From NCBI GenBank assembly GCA_904063045.1, contig CAJFCJ010000129.1, positions 1 to 32,069 of the forward strand: 32,069 nucleotides of DNA. The letters are read 5' to 3'. Within the stretch, counting starts at the first letter, position 1; each line of letters starts with the position of its first letter. Origin of the DNA: Dimorphilus gyrociliatus. Lineage: Eukaryota > Animalia > Annelida. The translations under genes were made by a program, and so were the position numbers. This document shows positions 1 through 11,639 of the stretch, one piece after another. The notes under the pieces are model-generated. The model was given only the letters and a program-made list of their open reading frames with translations, was not told the origin of the DNA and searched no databases.

Positions 1-360
1 GGCAAAAACCTTTAAAAAGATATGTGTCAAAGTTGTTTCATCTAACCTATTATCAGATGTTGATAAGACACCTGTTGATCATGTACACTTTGTTTAAAAT
101 TATAATTTGGATAAAACATGTATTGCTTTTATGCATCAAGACATATGTAATCCTATTGAAAATTTTTAATTTTAAATCCTTTTGAAAGGACAAAGCAAAA
201 AATTCCTAAAATTACAATACAACAAAGTCCATTGTAGTTTTTGTATATCTGTATTGCTCATTTAGTCCAAATAGAAGATCAAGTTCTTATCTGTAAGCAG
301 GGTTCATATACTTTCCTAAGAGTTGAACAGTTCACAATTTCAATGTTTCAACAGATTCCA

Positions 361-452
361 GGACATTTTGCCTCTAAATGGGACATTTCATCTTTGCCTG
401 GACATTTTATCGCCTTTACCTCAACATTACATCCCTTTAGTATGGACATTTT
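361..452 (+). repeat. Four spaced GGACATTT motifs
   Basis: GGACATTT starts at 361, 381, 400 and 444. Confidence 0.7.
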
Positions 453-470
453 TATGATTGGTTAATTTCA

Positions 471-554
471 TAGGAATTATAATGGTAGAAGTTTAGAAAG
501 ATTTTTATTTTGTAGGAATTATAATTGTTGAAGTTTAGAAAGACTATTTTTTAG
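471..554 (+). repeat. 42-bp tandem duplication (2 copies)
   Basis: TAGGAATTATAAT(G/T)GT(A/T)GAAGTTTAGAAAGA... starts at 471 and 513. Confidence 0.85.
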
Positions 555-966
555 TAGAATTAGATTCTAGAACTGTAAAAAGATATACTGGATAGCTCTT
601 CTTAAGATCAAATTTATTATTCATAATATACTACAGCACCCCACCCATTTTTTTGTTTTGTTTTCATTTCATTTCTATATGTTGATGTTATAGAATCAAA
701 AATTTAAACCTATATTATTATTCACTTTTCAAAGCCCTGCAAGTCATTGTTGGTTTGGTATTCACAAGACTGTTAAAAACTTGTAGTCAACACAGGTAGT
801 GACTAAGACTTGGCACATAGCCAAATCTAAATTATGTTCTTATGTTATATAGAACTTTTTAATCTAGCTGAAGTTGTTCATTCTATTTTTTTTACCCCTT
901 CTGTTTACCTACTTTAAATTGTTAAACATATTTCATAGTATAAAAATTATAATTGCCGAAAATCTC

Positions 967-1400
967 TGTACACTTATGAACTATAGTTTATAGATATTTT
1001 ATAAATGTTACTTACTATATGGTAGAAGTGTTGAAGTAGATGTTGCCTCTAGGGTAGATGGTACCCAATTGCCAGAATCAACCCCTTTTATAGGCAAAGG
1101 ATAAGATGTTACATAACAAACATGTTGACAATAACAACAAGTGTTTATTTACATAAATATGATATAAGAATTGACCCTTGAGGGGTAACCTACACAAAGT
1201 TGTTGTTTACATCACTATTGCATAATATGATAACCCTTGACCCTGTTATCGTATTTTGATAACTGTTGATACAATATACTGATATTACATATGCTAATAA
1301 TGGATGTGACAGAAACCATTCACAAATGAGTGCTTTTACCCTAACCCTAACCCTAACCCAGCCCTTAGCTGTACCTAACCTTTTCCATTACCCCTTACCC
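967..1400 (+). repeat. Dispersed repeat element (probable non-autonomous TE fragment) with a telomere-like tract
   Basis: 967-1212 matches spacer 14759-14968 in direct orientation; mirror copy at 31034-31457. No coding capacity seen; the TE nature is inferred. Confidence 0.75.
1339..1359 (+). repeat. Interstitial telomere-like (CCCTAA)3+CCC
   Basis: CCCTAACCCTAACCCTAACCC, followed by degenerate units (CCTAACC, TTACCCC). Confidence 0.85.
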
Positions 1401-1549
1401 TCCTAACTACAAATCAGTTGCTGTGTTTTTCTGGCTAACCATTTCTCAATCCAAATTTTTGTCCTAAAATTTCTCATTAGTGGATGTTTTCTGTAAAATC
1501 CCACTAATAATCGATGGTTGAATAATTATTTGTTAATCTGTGGGAACAG

Positions 1550-2319
1550 GGTTGCTATACCATGTTCAGAAGAAAACAACTCACCAGATGCTTTGCAAGT
1601 TATAGCAGGTTCTGGAACTCCAGATGCTGAAAATGATTGTAATCAACCAGCTGTTATGGGAGATCCTCATTTCATCCAATTTGTTTTTGACTGGCGATCA
1701 AAGAAGACACAGTATATTAGCTATGATGTTAGTGGACAAGCTAGAGACAAATTTACAAATACTTTGGTTCAATGTGTCCTACTTCATGATTATTATATGA
1801 ATAAAATTATCATTAACCATTCAGGAAAAGAGTATTTATTTGAGAAAAATTCAATTAATTTACCAAATTCAAAAATGTTCAAATGGTTAAATCTTGATTA
1901 TGAAGACAATCAAGATGGAATCAAATCTTCAATTTATAACAATCAGAGTAATGTTGATATTGTATTTTTCCTGCTGGGGGTTGTAGTTAAGTACTGGTCC
2001 AAATAGAACCAAATTACGAGTAAGCCACTTAGATGTAGAGTTGAGTGAGGATCAATATAAAAATGTTAATTTCGAAAATAAGATTTTCAATGGTGTTAGA
2101 TATGGGGGATTGATTGGATTTATTGGAAATCAAAATATGACCTTTCAATATTCTGTTCAAAATTCCAATATTGCAATAATTCAATTGAGAAATTCATTTT
2201 TTCAATCTGAATTGAATAGAAATAGTCCAAAGTGTTGGCATCTCACATTCAAAGATATTTTGGTGCCAAAATCGCCTAAACATTTTGTTCAACAATCAAA
2301 ATCTGACAATAATATATGA
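1550..2319 (+). pseudogene. ITIH heavy-chain C-terminal-like domain; frame-disrupted or split by an unresolved intron
   Basis: Motifs GDPHFIQ and YDVSG lie in one frame (stop at 2006); HLDV, GGLIGFIG and CW lie in the +1 frame (open 1987-2319). The order matches the ITIH C-terminal-like domain. Candidate acceptor AACAG at 1549; upstream exons unresolved. Confidence 0.5.
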
Positions 2320-3646
2320 TGTGTCAAAATAAAATTTTAATGTTCTATTTAATGTCACATGATTTGACATGTTCTTTTAAAAAACTCTTTGTTATGATAA
2401 AATTTCTTGTTTCCTTTAATGTTAAATACAAAAAAACTTTTCCCTCCTAGGGTACAGCTTCAATTTGGAGAAGATAAACTATTTCATCTAATTTGCCTTT
2501 GAGTTAAGGCTGGTTTTTTAGCTGCAATTCTCCCATTTAGAGAACATATCCTCTAAATTGTTGTACAACAAGCAACTTACAGAATAACAGTGTTCTTTTT
2601 TTGTGTTATAAATATAGAAATTTCTGGCTTGTCATGACTCTATTAATGCTTTTCAAATAAACAGAAGTTTAAAATCATTCTTAAACAACTATTTATAATT
2701 CATTAATTTTGAGAGTTTTTTTTGTTGTGAACAAAAATCAATGTAAATTCATAGTTTTTAAAATTTGAATAATTTCGTATGGTAGATTATGTATATTATA
2801 TATCTTGCTGTAATTTTAAAATGATAGGCCTAACTAACAAATTAGGAATTCTAACTGTTAGAAGAATTTGTATAGGCTGTCTATTCAAATAGTGAAAAGC
2901 TGCCTTAAAAAGAAATTTGTTAAAAAAAATTAAGTCTAGGGATGAAGAGGAGCAAGGAGTGACAGAGTAACTGTCCTTCCATATTTGTCTTTCTCAATCA
3001 TTTTCTCTCAATCCTTCTATCTCTCTATGTCACCATCTCTACTTCTAGTGTCTTACTCAATTGGTCCCTATTTCTTGCTATCTGTCTCACACTTTCCTAT
3101 CTTTTAAGAATGACCAAGTATGAAGTAAGAAACTAGCAAGAAATAGAAAAGGATCAAGTAAAAGCGATTGCATCGCTCTTGCTCGACAAATTTATGTGTT
3201 TGAGAGTGTTTTAACAGTACTGGTTTTACTCATACTTTTACACAATTGTTTAAATTGAATAGTTTATTCAAAATAAAATATTAGTGTCACCCAGAAAATT
3301 CTCGCCATTTATGTCTAACCGCTAAAAAAAATTACATAATATGCTTATTCATAAATGTTAATTAATGTCCTAGGTATGTCTATTTAGCTTCAAATTCCCC
3401 ATTATTGTCAATGCATGTTCACAAATTTGACTGTTTTTATATTCTACTTTAAGAATAATAATTAATTGAATCAGTTTATAAATTTAGCATCAGAATATAA
3501 GGAGGAAGCATATGTGATTAATGCATGTTAAGTAGAACAGCATTGTGAATATAATCTAAACTTAGAATTAAAGCATAAATTGATATTTAATTAAACAGCT
3601 TTTAGTTCAAATTCATAAATTTATAGATTAATAAATTGTGATAATA

Positions 3647-5624
3647 ATGCTAGCATTATTCTGTCTATTATTTACTGGGTTTTATTGACGCGCATTGTAC
3701 ATGCACTGCCCTACATAGAACTAGGTGAATACTGCTTATCTCTATCAGTGCTATCTGCACAGTACTACTAGTCTTCTATGTTTGTCTACCAGTTGTTTAT
3801 GCACAGTTTAAATGTCCGCTCAATTCCCAATCAATACCTATTGATGGTACATATGGTGATCCTAACAACTGTGCCATTTATTACCAATGTGTTAATGGAA
3901 CTGCTCATCCTCAAGCTTGTCCACCAGGCCTTCATTTTCAATTTTCCATTCAAAGTTGTAGCTATATCACATGTGTACATCCAGATTTTTCAGATTGTAC
4001 ATCAAAATCATCTATTCAAGATAGGGATGAAGACAAAGTATGCAAAGAATCAAATCAGGATTCTTCTATTCCATGCTATTTAAAGAATGATGACATTGAT
4101 GAATGTTCACCAAATAAAAATGAAACTGTTGCCAATGAAGTTGATTGTAGAATTTATTATCACTGTGTGAATGGTGTTGCTTGGCCACAACGTTGCCCTA
4201 CTGGATACTTTTTCATTCCAAAAATCAATGTCAAAGAGTGCAATGTGAAACTGTGTGTTCCTTTGAATGAAGCAAACTGTGCAATTCGTGGAGGATGGTC
4301 GGAATGGTCAACATGGAGCAATTGTAATGCACCTTGTGGAGAGGAAGGGATCAGAAATAGAACAAGAGAGTGTAATAATCCTCCTCCTTCAAATGGTGGA
4401 TTATACTGTCCAGGTAGCTCAATCGACTTCGACCAATGTGAAACATTGGTTTGCTCAAAAAGTCCAGCATTTATGGTATCTTTATCAAGATCTCAAACTG
4501 TGAGCTATGGAAATGTGAATTGGACATCTATTGATATAAATAACCAAGGTATATTTGATGAATCAGATAATAGTCTAAGAATTAGCCAATCAGGAATGTA
4601 CTTCTTTTCAATAACGGCATCACTTGAAAGCTATAGTACAACTTCACTAATGCTTGGCAGTACAGGAAGAAGCATTGGTTTGTTAAAATATGGTAATTCA
4701 AGTGTTACAACTGATACTACAACTAGAGCTGGATTGTTCACACTGAATAGATTCAATAGGCCATATATCTTTCAGCATCATCCTTACTCAGATCTAATTG
4801 GAAGTGAAAATGGAAAAGAAACATCATGGTTGGGTTTTTACTACAATACTGAAAACTATTTATTTGCTGCTAGTGACAATTCAATGAATGTTAGTGGTGA
4901 AGTAGAGTTACCAAGTATTATTGCAATGAGAAGTTTTTCAATAATTGGTAATAGATTTAGAGCATTTGAAGAAGGCTATTATTTTATAAACTTTGGATCA
5001 TCGTCTATAGATTCTAGAAATTCTAAAATCAGGTTTTATACTAGTAATGGTGGTTTAGGCCCACATACCTATATTCAGATTACTAACAATATTACTTCAC
5101 CAGTTATGCAATCATTAAGTTTTATTCAGAGATTGAATGCAAATGAAGATATTTATTTACGAAATGATGCTGGCTTTCAATATTCAGATTCTAATTATCT
5201 AACATATCTATGTTTATTCAAGCTAAATGAAAGTTTACCAATTTTTTCAATTGCCACAAACAATGCTATATGTTCTCCCAGTTATTCAACAGTAACTTTC
5301 AGAAGAAGTCCTATTATTGACACAGAGAACAGCTGGTATAACAGAAGCACATTTAAAGTTCCTGTTACTGGTATGTATTACATTGCTTTTAATATACCAA
5401 GTGAAGATGAAAGGAATAAAATTGAGATCTACATTGATATCAATGGATACAAAAAGACAAGAGTCTTCAAATCAAATAATTTAGTTGAAGATAGATATCC
5501 TGGTTATGCATCTGGTGGAGTACTAATGAAATTGTCAGAAAATGATCATCTACAGTTAAAATACCTTGGTTGTATAGCTGATCATGGAAATGAAGGAGCA
5601 TTAACAATAATATTTATACCTTGA
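3647..5624 (+). CDS. Secreted CBM14 (peritrophin-A) x2 - TSP1 - C1q-like x3 protein (~635 aa)
   Basis: The frame is stop-free 3729-5624, 146 codons more than the ORF track shows. CBM14 motifs: DPNNCAIYYQCVNG...CPPGLHF and DCRIYYHCVNG...CPTGYFF. TSP1: GGWSEWSTWSNCNAPCGEEGIRNRTRECNNPPP. Three C1q-like repeats (F..SGMYFF, EEGYYFI, FKVPVTGMYYI). Best start model: exon 3647-3678, intron 3679-3748, exon 3749-5624; the start is less certain than the body. Confidence 0.85.
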
Positions 5625-5754
5625 GTGTCTAGTTTACATTAAATAAATATTGAAATAATCACGATTTGTGATGAAACATTTAAATGTTTTGTAGTTCTAT
5701 TTTACTGCTCTAGTTAATCTTGTGTGCCAACATTTATCATTATTGCTTGTTCAG

Positions 5755-6158
5755 ACAAGTTGATAGATAGACAAAAACTTTGGCTTCCAAATTTTATCAT
5801 CAGTATAAGTTTTTTGAATATATTCCACAAGATCACTGTATATATTCTTTTTTAAAAATTCAATCTTGATTTGGTGAAATTTTAAAGTAATGAATTATTT
5901 TGGAAGATATGAAAGACACATCAACTAGATTCTAATTGAGATAAGTCTTTAACATGGTTTCTGAATTTTATTGAAATATCTTTAGCCAATCTCTTTCCAG
6001 ACTTATCCTAAGTTTCTAAAGTAAGTTTCTTTAATTTGAGTCTTGCTTTTATAACCTGTTCCAGGTTGTTTCCTTCATTGGAGTAGGTATGTTCTCTTTT
6101 TGTAACAAACTTTGTACCCTTTTGGAGAACATATGCCGGGCATGTTTGTTTCTTTGAC
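5755..6158. other. 404-bp segment present only in the left arm
   Basis: Arm match ends at 5754 (vs 26701) and resumes at 6159 (vs 26679); the right arm has 21 unrelated bp (26680-26700). Confidence 0.9.
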
Positions 6159-7401
6159 CTTATAGTTTTATGTCCCAACCCCCTATTTTCCTCCCCTGGG
6201 ATTGTAGGTAAGCACTGGTCCAAATCCCTGAATTAGGTATAATCCACTTAGAAGAGATGTCAATGGAGGAAAGATGGATATAACTGTATTGTAAAGTAAT
6301 ACAGGCTCCAGGGATGGCATATTTAGCAATAGCAATGTAAACAGCAACAATATGTAACACTTATCTTTTGCATATAAATAAAACTGAAAATAATTCGATA
6401 GCATGGCAAATAGTACCAATATGGAGGAGAGCTAACTCCAAATTCGGCAAAATGTTCCAGAGAGAAAGAGGGGCAGGTCAAGAGAAAAAGGGGCTGGTAA
6501 CCAAGTTGTGCAGCAGAAGGGAGGACAGCAATGGCTTATGCTGATGCCATCTATCACATCTAGTGGAATGAAAGATGTGATGGACAAAGCATGAACCAAC
6601 ATGGAGGATGCGACCAAGGTAACTCATGAGCAATATTTCGGATAGATAGACAGGAAAGTGTGAAAATCAAATCTGATGGATCTGTTTTGTATTTCAACGT
6701 TTTCTGGCAATTTAACCAACTGAAGGATTTCATCCAAATAAAAAGCCAGAATCACTTAAGACTCTTGAAATGTAAGATTTCTTATTCTTATTTTAGACTT
6801 GACCATAACAGATGGTGCCACTTTGGAATTAACAAAGGAACAAACAATATAGAAAAAATGCATGTCAAACTTATTACATCTTATTCAAAAACAGTAATAT
6901 ATTGTGTGAAGTTAACAATTATCATTCAATTCTTTCAGTCTCCTATCCTTGTAGAATTGCTAATGTGAAGAAAGAGATGAGGAAGATGAACATCAGGAAC
7001 AAGAATATCAATACTGGTCAAAAAACCTGTAATTAGGACATTGGATTCCAATTTTCAATTCACTGTTAAAAACTACTGTAGACTGTAAGAAAAAAATGAA
7101 ATGTATTTATGGTCACGTGATATATGAATTTTTTAGTGAATTGTTAAATGTTGATAAAAGAGAAAGTGGATTATGCTTGAAATGCTACAATAAATCACAA
7201 TCTTGTAAAAAAAAACAAATAATATTGTCTTCTCTCTTAGTCTCTATTATTTTTTGAATGTGATATTTATTGAAATACTGCAATTTGCTTACAATAATTT
7301 TATATTGGCTCTGAAGAGGAGTGTTTAGCAAGTTTCTAATAATATTGAACAGTTTAAAGTCTTTTTCGAAATCCGTTTTGACGCTATCTCTATCAGGCTG
7401 A

Positions 7402-7776
7402 TCTTTAAAGTCTCAAGGCATTAACTCTCTGACTAAATTGCTAGACGATTGCAGTAAATTACAAACATTCTCTTTAAGAACTTGTTGCAGTTCATAAGTG
7501 AAAATTATTTTTACTGAATCTGCCTTATCCTACCAGGATTATAAATGCCTAGGTAACCTATTAAGGGAAATTTTATACTTGGAAGAGATAAACTTAATAA
7601 TTAAAGTTTCCAGTGAGTTTGGACAAGGAATTGAAACTTTTTGTAATGGACTAAAATCCTATTCAAATACTCTATTAAGAGTAAACTTTTCTCATTGTTC
7701 ACTGTATAAAGACCAAGTTAATCACTTATATAAGTTTTTAAACAAATTTCAGCTGATAAAATACTGCTTATTGTAA
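7402..7776 (+). pseudogene. RNI-like leucine-rich-repeat remnant
   Basis: LLDDCSKLQTFSL, LEEINL and LLRVNFSHCSL fit LxxLxL-type repeats. Stops at 7399 and 7495; no start or splice context. Confidence 0.5.
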
Positions 7777-7854
7777 GAGATTTGAATGTACTTAATAGAC
7801 AGAAACAATTGATAAATAGTATAAAGAATTTCTTGACTGGAGAGATTTTAATTC

Positions 7855-10041
7855 TCACTCTGGTAAAAAATGGGAAGAGTGTAGGTCACATGATAATTTA
7901 TCATTAAAATTGTGAAATCTCTTAAATATTAGGTCCAAGATAATAGTTCCCTTTTGAAAATTAACACCTACTCTACAAATAAAAGTTATTGTTTTCATTG
8001 CTGCTTCATTTTGAGAATTCGATATGCAATATTGTTTAAAATCCATAAAATCTCCTCTGCCAAGGGAATATGAACTACTTATGGTATCTTCATCAACCAC
8101 AAACTTCTTATTAATATAGATCTTTGGATTAATAAGACGTATCATAAATAGGTCATTGTCCTGTAATTCAATTTCGAAATATGATATTTTTGATTGAGAA
8201 GGAATGCAACCATATATAAATTCGTCAAAAAAATTATACATTGCACAAAACTGGTAATCTTTAGTCTCTAGAACTGTAATCTTTCTACCATCTGAAACAA
8301 GCAAAGAAAAAAGAAACAGAGTTATAGATAACCTGTGATCAGATATTTTTTTACCTTTGTGATTCACTTGAACATCATTTACAATATAACTATAATGATT
8401 TCTGAACAAAATTTGATAAACATTTACATATAAATCTGTTTGAATTGAAATATAAGATAATGATTTAGCTGTTGGTTTTCCAAAACCAAATTTGACTTGT
8501 TCTAAAGCGAATTCAAACCAGAAATCATTCCATTTATGGCAATCAATCAATGATTGCGAAATATTGAATTTTACAGTGTTGCTCTTTGAATCATGAACAT
8601 TTAAACTTGATTCTTCCATGTTGTCCTTTATGCTGTCAAGTTTTAGTGAAATGTAAGGTTCATATTTGTTAGCCAAGCGTAAAGTTAGAGAAGAACAACC
8701 AACATTTCCAGTTTCCTGACCTTTAACCTTGAAACTCATTGCTGTAAAATTTTTAAATAAATGTTTCGGTAAGTGATAATAAACGAAATTTTTGTCTTGG
8801 ATGCTATAAACTTTGCCATCAGTTTCTAGTCAAAAGAAAAAATGGAAGATACTTCAAAATAAAATCATTTTACAAAATATATTTTTGTACTTATAGTAAA
8901 AATTTCTATTCTCTCTAATCCGACTTGACCTAGAAAAGTTTCTACAATTGTCAACTTAATCGAATCTTCAATGTCAGCATTTCCAGAGTAGTTGAAACAA
9001 GATCTTATATTATCCATTGAAATTTCAACTGATTGAGTTTGGCCCGAACTCCAATTTATGAACATAGTTTTAACTGCACTCTTTTCATAGCTATTAAGAC
9101 AAAACAGTATTAATTATGAAGTATAAAGAAACAAAATAATGTGGATTACTCATTTGTGAGGCAAAAGAATTCTGGTTTTGTAGGAAATGCAAATGTAATT
9201 TGTATGAATTGTTCATTGCATTGAGGTAAAGATGTAAATTGCAATGGATCACTCTCTAAACACTCTATTTGCCAATGATTGATAGCACTTTCATCAATTG
9301 CATTCTCACATTCACCAAGAGATGCCCCGCACTTTGCTCCTAAATGCATCAGAGCTACATCTGTATACAGCATATCTTCAACCGTCACTTCATCTGTAAA
9401 ATATCATCATTTGAAACAAACTGTTTAGGTTTTACTGTTTTCTTTACCGTCATACGCAAATAAAAGAATTGATTGAAAGCCAATATTGCTTTGTGTCTCG
9501 TCAACTGCATTTGGCTTTAAAGTTACAGAGGAAGTTGCCAATCCACTATTATTTCTGGGTAGAAAACACGTCTCATGCAAATTCAAAGAAACTCTTTGCG
9601 TGTTCTTATCAAATACAATATCCAATCCAAAAATCTTTTTGACATTGTCATTGTTTCTTTGAGTTAGGCATATATCAATAATATCGTATTGCTTTTGAAA
9701 GGTAATTTTAATCCACTCTTCAATACATGATACAGGAGAACAAGATGAAATCCATTCAAGTTTGCTTTGCCATCTTGGTTTTAGAGCGTTTGAACAGATA
9801 AAACTTGTTTTGACAGAAGACGCTGTACACTTGGCTGAATGTTTTACATCAGCAATATTTATAAGTTTTCCATCTATAATAAAATAATTGATGTATAGAA
9901 TATTGGTTTAGTATGAATGAATAACCATAGATTTTTGTCACTACTACCTCTTGACACTACTCCATTTGCAGTTGATGCATTAAATTTATATAGAATTATA
10001 TAACAAAGGGCAATTGATACAGACAGCATTCTCCAGAGCAT
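7855..10041 (-). CDS. Secreted protein: two F5/8 type C-like lobes + FAMeT-like domain (644 aa, 5 exons); left-arm copy
   Basis: Mirror of the model at 22798-24984; ATG complement at 10039-10041. The track ORFs 9425, 9146, 8865 and 7855 correspond to its exons. Confidence 0.8.
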
Positions 10042-10718
10042 TGTGAACCTTGCAACAATTAAGTAAAGTTAATTAACATTTTTGAAGGTTCTACATCCAT
10101 CTTTCATATATGTTTGCGTTGATTAATTTACACTTTTAATTAATAATTGATTTCACGAGGCAATTTAAATTTAACTATAAACTTTTCAATAATGACAGTA
10201 ATTGCTTCATTACTATTTAATTCATTATTCAATTATTAACATTAAACAATGGAATTTTTAATAAATCAGCATTTTCAACAATTTTAAAGAGCAACGCAGC
10301 CTTTTAACAAACATATTTTTAGAATTTTATTTCAATAATTTGTGAAATTGGTATCAATCATCAAATGAGTGATATACAGTATATATGTAGGGGGAATAGG
10401 GATCTTGTCGAAATTTTCCAACATCTCTAGAAAGATTGTTCCTACTCCTGCAGTAAGGAAAAGTGGAAAATGAAGAAAAACGAAAGCGAGAAAACTTTTT
10501 TAAAAAGATCTCTTAATTGTAGTTTTTATTTATTCAAAACAATTTATACTGTTTATAAAAGAGATAGCTTAAAATGTGAGTAGAGAATGACAAACATCTC
10601 TTACAAAATAATAAAAACAAACCTCTATAGGAATCGACAGACAAATGCTTTTACTATAGATTTAAGTAAGAAAGCTACTTGTTCTATACTAAGTGCCAAG
10701 CTAAAAATTTTTCAACAG

Positions 10719-11639
10719 CTATACTTGATTGTTACAATTGTTGGTGTTGCAATAGCATCTTGTAAATTCTACTCCAACTAACATTGTTGTTTGGCAACCA
10801 ATTGTTTGAGCCACTGTTGCGCAAGCTCTCGCAACAATGTGTAAGTTTGTAGTATTTGCTGAAAGATAAATGAAAATTAGACTGTAAAATAGAAATGGAA
10901 ATCCTCAAAATTTTACATATCGATTTTAAAATTGTAGTCAAACATCCATTTTTCGGTTGGCAACGTTTCAAAGGTTCAAAATTATTAACACAGTCGGTGT
11001 TGAAGGAGTTTGTACAAGAATAACAACTTGTTGCTAATAGAAACAATAAAATATAGATATTTTTACATTCATTTTCAAATAGGCCTAACCTGGAGATAAG
11101 TCTGGCGAAGCTGTTTCTTTGCCTATTTGTTTATATACAAAAGTAAAATGCATATCGTTCAGCTAAGAAGGAAAATTCCTGTTAAAACTATAATCTAAAA
11201 AACAAACCAGATGGCGCTGTAACATCAGTTTCATTATTACACTTGTCAGATTTACAATGGCATGTAGTAACGTTTAAACCAAGTACAATTGTTTCTTTGC
11301 AGCCATCTGGCTGTACAGTTGGTGAACAAGATCTCATTACAGCTGAAATTGCAGTTGAAAAGTAAAAAGAGTGTATTAGATTTGAATAACGAAATTGTTA
11401 AACTAATTACAATTTCCTTTTGAAATAGTTGTTGTACAACTTCCAGCTGTTTGACACATAGCTACTGGTGAAGAAAGACTTTCGCAATAGTTATTCATTA
11501 TACTGTTACAGTTGTAACAGGATAGTCCTTGACATAAACAAAGAGAAGGTATGAAAACAATTACATTTTCATTTACGTAAAAAATCTACAAACCATGAGA
11601 AAATGGCAGCAAAATAGATAAAATAACGGCTATAAGCAT
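10719..11639 (-). CDS. Double Ly6/uPAR (three-finger, quiver-like) protein (195 aa, 6 exons); left-arm copy
   Basis: Mirror of the model at 21200-22120; ATG complement at 11637-11639. Confidence 0.82.

Noticed and set aside
3068-3146. 13-bp perfect inverted repeat CTATTTCTTGCTA / TAGCAAGAAATAG with a 53-bp loop
   Set aside because: Lies in CT/AG-skewed low-complexity DNA; no target-site duplication or second family member.
3643-3660. 18-bp perfect palindrome AATAATGCTAGCATTATT covering the candidate ATG
   Set aside because: AT-rich single occurrence per arm; no function inferable.
3778-4503. Track ORFs 3778-4083 and 4267-4503 (and mirrors 28372-28599, 28475-28657)
   Set aside because: Alternate-frame or antisense shadows of the CBM14-TSP1 coding frame.
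6008-6968. Overlapping short ORFs at 6008-6617 and 6660-6968
   Set aside because: No recognisable motif or splice model. The slightly higher GC suggests decayed coding DNA, but it is not assignable.
10587-11046. Track ORFs 10587-10781 and 10732-11046 (mirrors 22058-22252, 21793-22107)
   Set aside because: Antisense, or intron read-through of Ly6 exon 5 into the wrong frame of exon 6.
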